Assembly: GCF_001194135.2 (NCBI RefSeq)
Contig: NC_069006.1
Span: forward strand, 12,279,354 to 12,343,353
Direction of reading: 5' to 3'
DNA length: 64,000 nt
Source: Octopus bimaculoides
Lineage: Eukaryota
Shown here: in pieces, positions 51,165 to 64,000 of the stretch
Layout of the letters: each line of letters starts with the position of its first letter
Numbering within the stretch: the stretch's first letter is position 1
Translations under genes and position numbers: made by a program
The notes under the pieces: model-generated
Seen by the model: the letters and a program-made list of their open reading frames with translations, nothing else
What the model was told of the DNA's origin: nothing
The model's database searches: none

Positions 51165-54135
51165 ACAGTGACCTTAACTTTGTGGTCGGTGACTTCAATG
51201 GACATGTTGAGCAGCAATTGGATGGATTTCATGGTGTACATGAAGGCTATGGCTTTGATCCGAGAAATGAAGAGGGATCCAGTTTCTTAGAGTCCTGATA
51301 ACCTGCACCACAAACTTCATTAAACCAGCCAGTCACCTGATCATCTATCAATATGGTGGGGACACAATTCTGATTGACTATATTCTCTTTAGAAAATGGA
51401 ACAGATGCTTGTGAATGTAAAATCCTTCTCAACCAAGGAATGTGCAACTCAACATGGGTTAATAGCAACTTCAGACTTAGAGCTAAAAATAACTGAGGCC
51501 CAAACCAGTCTAGAAATGGAAGTTATGGGAGCTTTAAGATTGAGTGAACTATAAGAAATTTAAAGAAGTAGGAGGAAAATGGACTAATAGAAAAGAGAAA
51601 TGGAAGTTCCTTTAGGGCAACCTATTGAGAGCAAAGGACCAAATCTGGCTTGTGCAATGTTCTAGCCAGAGCAAGGTTTATGTTGCAGTGGAACAGTGTA
51701 GCTGACAGAGCCATAAAAGGGAAGAATGGGGGTAACAAAGAAATATACCAGGTGGCTAGAAGAGAAGCTAGGTGACAGGTCTATCTAGCAAGAGGAAAAG
51801 CAGAAAGGAAGAGGTTTGTCAATGTTTTGAGGTACAAGGTGTTCCAGATTGTAAGATAGTGTATTAGAGAAAATCATCATGTAGGAGAGAAATGTATGAA
51901 TGGACAATAGTACACTTGCACTTAGTGATTCTGAAAATGAAGAGGCATCAAAGTGGCACTATGAAAGGCTGCAAAATGTGGAGAAAGCATGGAAAAAGGA
52001 AAGTCATCCCAATGAGAATCCAAATTCACAGCAGTATGATAGATAAAGCAATCGGGGATATGAAGGTGGAAATCCCCAGGACCATCAGGAATTACCGTTG
52101 AGATGCTCAAAATATCTGGAAGTGGGATACAGCCTAATCACTGGTATGGCTAATCAGGTTGTCCAGGAAGGTTTCATACCCAACAACTGGTGCAGCAGCA
52201 TTAAAGGCTGCTGCTTCAAAGGTAAAGGTGATGCCTTAGAAATAATTACAGAGGTATCAAATTGCTGGACCAGGTCATGAAAGTTACAGGAAGGATCATA
52301 GCTCAAAAAAATAGGAAAAGTTAACCTAAATGAGATGCAGATTGGTTTTGTACCAGAGAGAAGTACTACTAATTCTATCTTGGTAAGGCAACCTCAGAAG
52401 AAGCAATTAACCAAAAATAAACCATTGTACTTGGCATTTGTTGATACAGAGAAAGCCTTTGAAAGGGTCCTTCATTCTTATCTGGTGATTGCTAAGAATA
52501 GATGAATATCTAGTGAGAGCTGTCCAAGCCAGGTACAGGCATGCTGTCAGATAAAATGGAAGTCAGGTATGAGTGTGGCAGTGAATTTAGTGTGCAGGTA
52601 GGAGTTCACCAGAGCTTGGTTCTCAGCTCCTTCTTATCATAGTTTTCCTTGACAGAATTTTAAGACTGATTACCCATGAGAGCTCCTCTATGCTAATGAC
52701 TTTGTTCCTATAGCTGAATCTGTAGTAGAATTAGAGAAGAAATTTCAGATGTGGAAGAAAAACCTTAGAATCCAAAGGCCTTAAAGTTAACTTAGAAAAC
52801 ATCAAAGTCCTAGTAAACAGGAAAACAAATTCCTAATCCCTTCAGGGAATGACCCTGCTCAATAAGTAGAAAAGGTGTGCTTAGAAATTCCATAGTGTAC
52901 TCAATGCAGGCTATAGGCACTTGAAAGGTGCAGTCGAATAACAGGAAGGTCAACAGGGAAAATGGTGTGTCTGTGGCAGATGTGCAGGAACAATAAACAC
53001 TAAGAACACACACGAAATAAATTTCCTTAAATAACCAGGAAGATCCTTAGATATGGTAGATAGTTTTTTACTAGGTGACTTAATTAGCATTGGAGAAAAA
53101 TGTTCTGAAAGTATCAATGCCAGGATAAGAACTAGCTAGAGAAAGTTCAGAGAGCTTCACCTCAGAGTGAAAGGCAGATTGTATGATGTTTATGTATGAA
53201 CAGCTGTGCTACATGGTAGTGAAACATGGGCTGCGAAAGCAAAGGCTTGAAAAAAATGAAGCCAGCATGCTCTGATGGCTGATCAAAATACAACAAAGTG
53301 CAAATGTGATGGGAGAAAAATTGGGTATAAGAAGCATCAGATGTAATGTACAAGAGAGATGACAGCATTTGTATTGTCATGTAATGTGTATGGATGAGAA
53401 CAGCTGCATAAAGTGGTGCCAATTACTAAATGTGGATGGAACCTGTGGAAGAGGAAGATATGAAACAAAGCAGTGAAAAATTACCTCCAAATGTTGAACC
53501 ACATAGAGGAGGTGACAAAGAACCAAGATGATTGACAATTTGCTGTACTTAAGAAGACCTATCCATCTAAGTAAAATTGATGCACAAACAGCATGTTTAT
53601 GTCTGTCCCTGCTCACAACCAGTCTTTGACAAATCTCTCCTTTTGCACTTTCATGAACTTACCTGCACACAATATGTCCCTGATAAATCTCCCCCCCCCC
53701 CACACACACCTGTTTTTACTCACTACACATACACCCTTTTTACATTCTTGTGTACTTACATGCCCACTTACCCAATCCCTCTTATATACATCCTATCTGC
53801 ACCTTTTCCTTTTCCATCTGGGGTAACCAGGTCTCACTGAAGCAAGACATCTGTTTCTGCCTCTCTATGTGATTCTAATCTCATCACTTGGCTTAAAGCC
53901 ACCTCCCCCAATACTACTCTTCCATCTAATGAGAAGTCATGCCTTGCAAGTTACTTGGTGATTGAGCTGGTGCCATGTAAAAAGCACCCAGTACATTTTG
54001 TAAAGTGATTAGCAATAGGAAGGGCATCCAGGTTAAAAACAATGCCAAAATAAACAGTAGATCTCGGCACAGTCTTCTAGCTCCTGTCAAACAATCCAAC
54101 CCATGCTAGCATGGAAAATGGATGCTAAATTAAGA
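51165..54135 (+). mobile_element. RTE-clade LINE, decayed
   Basis: GDFNGHV (APE domain) near 51188, AFVDTEKAFERV, GVHQSLVL, LLYANDFV, LHGSETWA; 3' end cccatgctagcatggaa...gataatgat. Confidence 0.88.
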
Positions 54136-55198
54136 TAATGATATATACATATGTGTGTTTATATTTGGGTTCTATGACAGCTGTGAGCAGTATTGTCATC
54201 AGTTCTTTGGTCAACAGGTTAGCCATTTGCTTGAGGACTTTGAAGGTATGTGAATTAAGAAATCCTTTACTTGAAAAACTGGTACAAGTTAGCACATCTG
54301 GCTGTAAAACAATGTTTCAGTAATACATTCATCTAATCCATGCTAGCATAGATGAAAAAAATGGACATAAAATGAAAGCTTACTTCCCAACTATGTGATC
54401 TTGGATTCAGTCCCACTGTGCAATACTTTGTGTGTCTTCTACTATAGCCCCAGGCTGAACAAAACTTGTTATTTGTGTATGCATATATGAGAGTGTGTAT
54501 GTTTGCATGTACCCTTGTCTTGATATTGTGATGGTTGTAAACAAGTATCACCATCATATAAACAATGTTGTTCATTTCTAGTCTTCCATGAATATGTCAG
54601 GCCATGGGGAAATACCTTGCTTGAAAATGAGGAAGGGCATCAAGCTGTAGAAAATCTGCCCCAAGTTCTGTCTGACTCATAGAAAAGTGGACATGGAATG
54701 ATAATACATACATGTAAATTTTATATCCGTCCTTACCATACTAACATATTTTGGACAAGAAATTCCTTTCCTGGTAAAAAAACTTTATACCTTTGTATAT
54801 ATTATGGCATATAATGTACATCCTATACAAATGTCACTGGTGCTGAAACAGTATCAATGTGAGAACACATGAATACAAATATATACATACAGATATACAC
54901 ATACAGTGAGTGAATCTGATAAACTATCTGGAAAATCATTGTGTGTATATATATTTATATTATATTTTGTACACGCTTTATTCTGAGGCTTAAGTATGTT
55001 AAGTTCTAACTGGTTAGCAATGTCATTATATGTATATTTGTATATGTCTCACCACTGCTTGACAACCAGTGTAGGTTTGTTTACATCTCTAACTCAATTG
55101 TTTGGCAAAAAAACAAAAAGCAGAGACAGACATTGTTTAACTAAACTTTTTAAAGTGGTGCCCCGGTATGGCCACTGCAATTATTCAAACACATAAAA

Positions 55199-55238
<40 letters not shown>

Positions 55239-58200
55239 TCTCTATAAATGTATGTATATATGTGTGTGCATGCATCTATATGATTATATGTACAATCACG
55301 AAATATATTAGATCGCTAATCTTAGATAATGGAGAAAATTACAAGTCTTTTGTGGTTGGTGACAGATGGTAGGGTTGTCTTTATATTTTTCTCAAAATTC
55401 TATGAAATTCTGTTCTTCCTCAAGTAATGCAGTTATGAAGAAACAAGAACATTTAATGGTGATAATTTCAATTGAATTGAGGAAAATTGTTCTACAGTGT
55501 CTCTTGTGATTTTATTGTGTTTGAGACTTATTTTGGCTGAAAGCCAACAATGGAACTGATGTGAGAGAGAGAGAGAGCATATCAAAACATGGTGAAGAGA
55601 TGAATGTCTCAAATAGAGTAGAAGGAAACGTGATGTTCAGTTTGTTTTTCAAAACCAATTCCACTGACTAGCTTAACAGTTTTCTATGTTCATTCTTTCT
55701 GTCTGAGTGTGATTATGTCAACATATGGTGAAAAGAGGAATGTCTCAGAAAGAAACTATTGGTGGAGAAAAACAATGTTTATATTTGATGGTATATAAGA
55801 CAGATTTTTTTCCCCCATAAAAAAATGTTTCAAAACATTTCCCCAGGTCCTATATTCGAAGTTGGGACTATATTATATGCTTTAATGCCCTAAAATCTTT
55901 TTCTGAATTATGCTGCTGAAATTGGGGTACATCTAATATTCCACCAAATATAGTAGTTTGTTTTCCCTGACTAGTTCTTGTCAATACATATAGTGACTAG
56001 CTTACTAGTTCTCTACATCCTTTCTCGGGTTTGTTTGTGTGTGTGTTTATCAACACTGCCCCTTTCTATTCCACATAACCAGATGCCTGAGTCAAACAAT
56101 CTTATCTTCCACACCTACTGACTGAGTATATTAAACCAATGAGAGAGTCTACTTAGTTGCTTGACCTAGTAATAGTGTGTTTTGAGAAAATTTTAACTGC
56201 TATCATTTTGAAAAAAGACATATTAGTAACAAAGTCTTAAGACACATAATGTCTGAATAAAAGATTGGATTATCACAGCTAGAACACATTTGAAGATAGG
56301 ACTGGCCTAGAGTTATACAACAACAAGGAAGAATAGATTAGATAGTGTAGTCCAAGATACACAATGCCTAAATGAAAGATGGAACTCTTGACAACTGGAC
56401 TATTGGATCAGGATTGGCCTGGGGCTAAATAACAAAATAATTTAATCCTATGGACAGGGAATTAAATCCTAAGAAATCTCTTGTTTAATACACATTTGAG
56501 AGGAAGAGCAGGTTGCTAAATTAACTCTTGATATCAAAACATCTAAGAATGCCTTTGGTTCCACAAACTTCAAATTTTCATATTAATTTGTTCCTGACAC
56601 TAGATTAATAATGACATATTTTACTAAATTCTTCATTATTTTCAAAATAATTGAAACAAAGTCAGTGTGTTTCAACATAAATATGGTAATAAAAAGCTTA
56701 AAGTGGTCTAAATTAAAACCTTCCATCAAAATTATATGTTAATTTAAGTACCAAACATCAGCATAATAATGACAGGTATTTTACTAAATTCTTCATTATT
56801 AGAGGTACAGGTGTGGTGAAGAAGTTTGCTTCCCACCTATGTAGTATTGGATTCAGTCCCACTGTGTGGCATCTTGGGCAAGTGTCTTCTACTATAGCTC
56901 AAGGCTGTCCAATGCTTTGTGAGTGGATTTGACAGGCAGAAACTGAAAGAAGCCTATCATAAATATGTGTGTGTGTGTTTATCCACTTCCACTCCTTAAC
57001 ACCTAGTGTTTTGCTTACATCCCCATAACTTAGTGGTTCAGCAAAAGACCAATAGAATAAGTACCTAACTTAAAATTAAGTACATTTGTTTGACTAAACC
57101 ATTCAAGGCTGTGCCCTAGTATAGCCAAAGTCCAACAACTAACAAAGATAAAAGATTGTCGAAATTAATTGAAATGAAGGTAGAGTATTTCAGTGGAAAT
57201 ATGGTAAGAAAATGATCGAAGATGTTTTAATTCATATTGGACAAACAGAGAAATTAGGGAGGACATAAGAAAACAAATGCAACTTTACGTGGCAACAACA
57301 GAGGATCCAACTATGACTGAGTAACAGGCATGGAAGAAGATAGGACAATACAAAAATAAAACCAGAGATTGAGGGAATTTGCATAAGATTTTATAAAATT
57401 GCGTATTGTAGAAAATAGTGAAGTTTAACATTCAAGTTGAGTGTTACTTCAAAGACCAAACAACCTAGCTCATGTCAGTAATAATGTTATTACATGTCTT
57501 AGTAAAAAATAACTATGACTTCTATTTGGCAGTAATTATATGACTGTTATAGATGGATGTATCTTAGTAAAGAATAGCAACCTAGTTTACATTAGCAATA
57601 ATACTAGATGCAGGTATAGTGGTGTGGTTACAAAGTTTGCTTCCCAACCACATGGTTTTAGGTTCAGTCTCACTATATGGTACCTTAGGCAAGTGTTTTC
57701 TACTAAAATCCTAGGCCAACCAAAGCCTTGTGAGCAAATTGAAACTGAAAAATGCCCAGTGTATTTTTTTAATTATTTTTAATTACCACACTCGAGGGCT
57801 GATAAGTGCCATGCATGGAATATATACATTCATGTATTGAGTTTTATTTATATTATTTGTTCTACCAAACCTGTATATACATATATGTGTGTTTACAGTT
57901 GAAGTCTATGAAAATTACAAGCATTGTTGTTGCTTTTGTCAACAAATCATCCATTTGCTTCACAACTTTGTATGAAATATGAGATCCCCTTACTTGAAAA
58001 ACAGATAAGGGTAAGTTATAACTGGATGAGCGGATGATCATCCAGCTACAAAACAATACCTTGATAAATTATTCATCGAACACCCCAAGCATAGAAAAAC
58101 AAACACTAAAACAAAACAAATGAAAATATGGCTGATAAAGATTATCGTCTTACTAATAAAAGTGCTTACACTGACAAAATAATGAAGGGACTGTTATAGT

Positions 58201-58974
58201 AGGACCATCTACCACTCTCCTTTCATACTCACATGAACTTTCTTACCCATTCATACCACTTCTTTTACATTCACTTTCCTGTAACCTGAGAGTATGTCCT
58301 GACACCTCTTCACTATCCACTTTCTTTCCCATTTGGAGTAACCATATATCTCCCTACAGCAAGATACCTGTTCCTGTCCTTTTAGTCTCGAATCATCTGG
58401 TATAAATCGACTTCCTTCAATACTACACCCCCACCTCATTCAAGGGGTTATCTTGCACGTTACCTAGTAATGTCACATGAGCCAGTGCGACATAAATAGC
58501 ACCCACTACATTCTGTAAAGTGGTTGACATTAGGAAGGGCAACAGCTATAGAAACCTTGCCAGCATGGAAAATAGGCACTAAATGATGATAATGAAATGT
58601 CTGTTACAGGATTATTTGTTACCATTTAGTCAGGAGGTAGTGAAGAAGGCATTCTCAAACCAGAGATCTGGACCAAATGCTTATAACCAGAGTCTACTGA
58701 AGGCACCAAAGGACAAGGTGGCATGGGGGGAAGCAGGCAATGGATTATGTTTCTCACTATGGTAGGATTGGAACTCAGAATGCAGAGCTGGAACTAATAC
58801 CACAATGCATCTTTGTACAATGTGTATTGCCAGCCCATAACTTTTGATGTTTATTGTACCCAGATGGATGAAAGGGAAAATTAACCTTGGGCAAGATTTA
58901 AACTCAGCATGAAGGCTGGAATGAACACTGAAAGGGATTTTGTCTGAAGCTCTAATGACTTGGCCAATTCGCTG

Positions 58975-59285
58975 CAGAGAGAGACATCCTAGCAATGAAT
59001 AATAATATAGTTTACACTGACAGGGATTATATACGACTGTTATAGAGAGACATATCTTAGTTAAGAATAACAATTTAGCTTAGTAGTTACCTTAGCAATG
59101 AATAACAAAGCAGCTTATACTGACTAATTATACAACTGATGGAGAGACATGTCTTAGCAATGACTTTCAATCAAGTTAAATTGACAGTAATGTTAAGACT
59201 TGTAGAAATACATATCTTAAGCACTGACTAACAATCCAATTCATACAAGAAATAAGAATATAACTGTTAGAAACACATCTTAGTT
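58975..59285. repeat. Degenerate minisatellite, unit about 60-65 bp (gagagacat.tcttagcaatga.taacaa...actgac...ata..actg.ta); related units at 57490-57600
   Basis: The acat.tctta(g) anchor recurs about 5 times. Confidence 0.7.
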
Positions 59286-60035
59286 GCAAACTTGAAAATT
59301 ATTATAAAATGTGAGGAAAATTAAGTGTTTACCTGAAAATCCAGTCAAAAAGAGTTTCCTGCGAGTTGTTTCTTTTTAAAATTAAATTTGTGTTATCAGC
59401 CTGTTTAACACATGCATTAAATATTTCTTGTTGAAGTAACAGCTACAATCATGAATACATTTCGTGTATATGGTATAGTTTACGTGTCACTGTAATAACT
59501 GTATGATAAGTTATAAATCTCTCTCTCTCTTAGTTTTTCAAACTAAACAACTAAAGACATATATGATGGGTAAATGTCATAGAAAGAAATTAGATCACGA
59601 TAATAAAAGAAAAAATAAAACTAAATAAATACTAATCTTCCTAAAATAAGTTGGTAACATGAAGCACCATCTACGAAGGTTAGAAATCCTTACCATGTTA
59701 TCAGCTAGGATGTAATTATCTCAATTATATACACTAGCATATCTTGTCTTTGCAATACACTTTCAAATGACACATTTTTTTTTTTTTAGAAAATATCAAA
59801 TCCATTTGAAATTGCTTCTCATTGGTGATAGTGACATGTTAACACTAGTAAAATCACATGCTACAGCAGATGAAAACTAAAACCTCAAGCAGATTATTTA
59901 TAAAATAGAATACATATATATAAATAAAATATATTTTGGTCATGTTAGCCTCTTGCTACTCTCAGTTTATAAATATTTATCTCTACAGTACTAAGTAGTC
60001 TTTAACCTGATAGTCAACACTGTATGTGCGTGTGC

Positions 60036-60090
<55 letters not shown>

Positions 60091-60323
60091 TATATNNNNN
60101 NNNNNTTACTAATGATGTGATTCCTGGAATTTATCATTTTAATGATTACTTTTTTTTCCCTGCTTGCATAAGTCAGACAGAATTTGTTGAGGCAGATTTT
60201 CATTGACTAGGTACCTTTCTTGTCACCTGTTTCCAAGTAAGTTAATATTTCCCCATGGCTGGATATGTTTTCAAACACTCGAAATGAATGACATTGTATG
60301 GTCATGGCATGCTTAAACAAGGA

Positions 60324-60364
<41 letters not shown>

Positions 60365-63308
60365 TATCAGTGGACTTCTTTCAGTTTCCACCTAACAAAT
60401 CTACTCAAGGTTTTGGTCAGCCTGTAAAAGATACTTGCCCAAGGTTCCACACACTGGGAATAGATGTGAAACAATACAGTTGCAAAGCAAATTCCTAAAC
60501 CACACAGCCTGTGCTTATATAGTAACGTGTATATTTTGTGCATGATTTTCATTTAACGTTCTGCTTAATGACACAGACTGACAGGGGTCTATCAAAGCCA
60601 GAAGCAGAGTAACTTAAATGGATAACTCACAATAAAACTTAAATCTCACAGATATTTTAGAATCTAATGTTTTGCCAGAAAACTATAAAAAGAAAATTTT
60701 ATCTTTGAAATTGACTGTACTTTAAAGTTTTCAGATCTTACATAATGATCTTTCTTAATAATATTCATGTTAATTAGCCATTAAAAGGCAAATAGATTCA
60801 TCTATTGACTATACTAGAGTCTAAAACAGGGATGATCACTTCAAAAATATACTATGAAAGTCATTTGTTATATTCAGCGATAATGTTTTCAACTGGTTTT
60901 TGCTATAAAAATCATGAATACCCAAACACTATTTGCTTAATGTTAGCTGGATATTACCATCAGCTGGTTATTGTTATTGCAAAAAAACTTGCCCTCAAGG
61001 TACTCCCATTAAGCAACTTTATCTATCTACATATTCACACATGCATTTAGTACTGACCTTGAAAGAAAGTACTCAAATATGGCAGATATTTGTAATTTTT
61101 TTTTTTTTTTTTTTAAATCAGTCTCTTGCTACTCTGAATTTTGCCTGTAGGTGCACAAGGTCTTCAAGCAAGTACATCATATATATATCTAGCTTTACAT
61201 ATATATATATATATATATATACATACATATACGTACATACATACTCTTCTCTGTCTGTTGAGATGCAGAAGATATTTCTTTCAGGATTTTAAATACTAAC
61301 ACCTTAATTTTCAAGGCATCAAATCTTGTTTCGTTTTCTTTTATTTCTAAATATATTGAAAATATTTTTTATCATGTATCCTAGATAAGGATATAGTACT
61401 GTCTATATTGACAAAATTATTATACAACTATCTAAAAGTTATTTCACACTTAAGACTGGATTCTTTTTTTGTTTTTTAATATATTTTCTTTAAAGTAAAG
61501 TATATCATATTTATTTATACAGAATTTCAGGCATTGTTTTCTGTCCCTGAGCAATAGCTGTAATTCCTTGCCTCAGTACAACCTGGTCGACATTAGATTA
61601 CACCTTTACTCCATGTAGAGGTGTAATCTATTGTTACAAAATGACAAATCTAACAACAGCTGCTCCAAAAAACATGTTCAAATACCACATTGTACCTTTC
61701 TAGAACTATTGTTTCAGAGTAACTTTCCTTCTTCACCCTTGTGTCCCAACATTTTTTGCCCCATTTCCTCTCAAAAGTACTGTTTTTCCCCATACTAACT
61801 GTCACTTCCCTGTAACTCCTAAACCTCAACAATCCCCACTAAACTGCAGGCTGGGGGAACCATATGAAAGCTATTGACAGTGATGCCTTCACTAATGGGT
61901 AATTCCTTAATTTCTCACAAGATTAATATCAGAAATCTAGTGCTGCCCCCAAACCTCTTTTCTGAGTAGTCATGTATGGGTCATGATGGAGAGGAGGAAT
62001 GGACACACAAAGTTGGAAGATTCTGGCATGGACATCTCAGTAAAGCTTTATATGTGTGTGTATGTATATATATATTATATGCAAAGGAATAATGTATGCC
62101 TGTTTGTGTGAAGACACCCACATTATATATATATATAAAGTCAACAAGTAAAACACTTAATCCATAAAATATTGTGTCATTAGCCTTTATGCAGTTATCA
62201 AGGAACAGAATATAATGACTTAAGTTTCATGTTGATATAGTGTTGGTTGTGCTTAGTTTAAGTGCAGCTGCAATCATCAAGTTATATGCTGAAAATAGCT
62301 TCTATTAATCTGTGAGATAAAATGACAAAGCACAAGAATCAAAAGAAATAAGAAGGGTGATAACTCCTCTTAGTGAAACAATAACAAGGCATCTTTATTA
62401 AAAGAGTATGGAGAAATCAGATAGGAGTAAACAGAAATATACATAATCTACAAATGCACATCAGTACATACACACCTGCATGCATGCCCAAGTGCACTCA
62501 TATTTACACAAACCTGTACACACACACAACTAAACAGTCATACACATACAGGCACCCACTTAGAATCATATGTATCTACAACAGCATAGCTCTGAAGGGT
62601 TGCTAGCATGACTAGGTACTGTTATAGGAGTGGAAAAAGTGCAAAGAAGGGAAATAAGGTAGTGAAGGAGACAAAATTATAGAATCATGTGAGTGTGCTT
62701 AGGTTAGTCTAGCGATGGTAAAGTTTTTCAATTTCATAGAATGAACTTTGGGGACATTGGCTAAAAATCTCATTTCTGAAGTTTAGACAATTCACTGGAT
62801 TCTTAAACCTGGTAGAATGTGTATTCTTTTCATTGTGCAAAACCAGTATGATTTTGATGTATGGTTTCTATTTTTTCAAGATCCATTTGATATTCTGGTT
62901 TCTTTGTTTTCAAATATGGCTGGTTAGTATTGTGGAATTTCTCTTGCTGACATATCTGAAGGATGAGCTGTGATGATAAAGCCATCAAACTGTTGATGCT
63001 ACATTTTTTTGTCTACTTCCCCCTTATTCTTTTCTTCTCATTGTCACACTTAAAACACTCCATATTCAAGCCATTAGCATCANNNNNNNNNNNNNNNNNN
63101 NNNNNNNNNNNNNNNNNNNNNNNNNNNNNNNNNNNNNNNNNNNNNNNNNNNNNNNNNNNNNNNNNNNNNNNNNNNNNNNNNNNNNNNNNNNNNNNNNNNN
63201 NNNNNNNNNNNNNNNNNNNNNNNNNNNNNNNNNNNNNNNNNNNNNNNNNNNNNNNNNNNNNNNNNNNNNNNNNNNNNNNNNNNNNNNNNNNNNNNNNNNN
63301 NNNNNNNN

Positions 63309-63358
<50 letters not shown>

Positions 63359-64000
63359 AAAGTCATGTTGAGCACATTCAAGTGCATTCAGACATGAGGT
63401 GACCATAACAGAAACAGTCCCAGGAGAAAATTCTGCTCCTAGATGTGTGCAAAGACATTAGGCTATGAATGATGTCATTGGATTATAGGACCCAAGCCTT
63501 TCTGTATTGTCTATCTCTACTTCATCTCTTTACACACTATTCATAGATACCTTCTTAACATTCTAACTTTCTAAACATATCAGTTGACCTTCTGACATAA
63601 TACCTTCATTTCATATACTTTTTGCTACACTCATGTTTCATCATTGTCTCACAGATTACCAGAAGCCATTTTGAACCAATAATTTGATGACTGCAGAGCA
63701 GCTGTTGCACTTATACCAAGTACAACCAGCATTGTCCAGGTATGAAACTTTAAGTTACATTTTGTTCCTTGTTAACTGCATAAAGATCACTAAACATACA
63801 CACATGTATAATATATGCATATTCATATATATCTATATACACATGCACACAAACATCTATATGTGTATATAGATACAGTTAGATGCACATCTGTGTGTGT
63901 GTGTACATATACATATTTATACGTATGTGTATAAAAGGATAAACACATCCAAATATTGACAGTGATAGATGATAAAGGTAATGACAAAAAGCAATATGAT

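Noticed and set aside
54737-59696. ATG|gtaagg donor-like sites at 54737 and 59694
   Set aside because: Expected by chance at this frequency, with no supporting context.
61594-61630. 12-bp inverted repeat with a 13-nt loop
   Set aside because: Too short to be distinguished from chance in 64 kb of AT-rich DNA.
648-63406. Most ORF-track entries (poly-X, IYIY/THTH/CVCV, Ile/Asp-rich)
   Set aside because: They are translations of N gaps, microsatellites or SINE/LINE antisense frames, not genes.
1-64000. CRISPR-like repeat-spacer arrays, prokaryotic operons, true tRNA/rRNA genes
   Set aside because: None seen: tandem arrays lack unique spacers, and the tRNA-like boxes belong to SINE heads.

Overview
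AT-rich, intron- and repeat-dominated animal genomic DNA. The SINE families and TA/CA microsatellites are characteristic of octopus (inference). The nine N gaps mostly abut microsatellites, as in a short-read draft assembly. The only host gene I can support is the 5' half of a minus-strand M13-family zinc metalloprotease (endothelin-converting enzyme / neprilysin Nep3-like). I resolved nine coding exons from 33016 down to 3846, all with canonical GT-AG ends and consistent phases, except that one runs into the gap at 21574-22022. They encode the cytoplasmic tail, the transmembrane anchor and the N-terminal ectodomain. I did not find the HExxH catalytic exons, which presumably lie left of position 1. 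The rest is transposon debris: a decayed Buster/Charlie-type hAT, a decayed IR/DR Tc1, two mariner remnants, RTE LINEs, several tRNA-derived SINE families, MITEs/foldbacks, minisatellites, and an approximately 2 kb repeat present twice. There are no rRNA, true tRNA genes or CRISPR arrays, and I found no convincing novel multi-gene system. The most interesting signals are structural: intronic hairpins, direct repeats around a symmetric exon, a SINE tandem array just upstream of the ATG exon, and candidate alternative 5' exons. Percent identities are estimates by eye.
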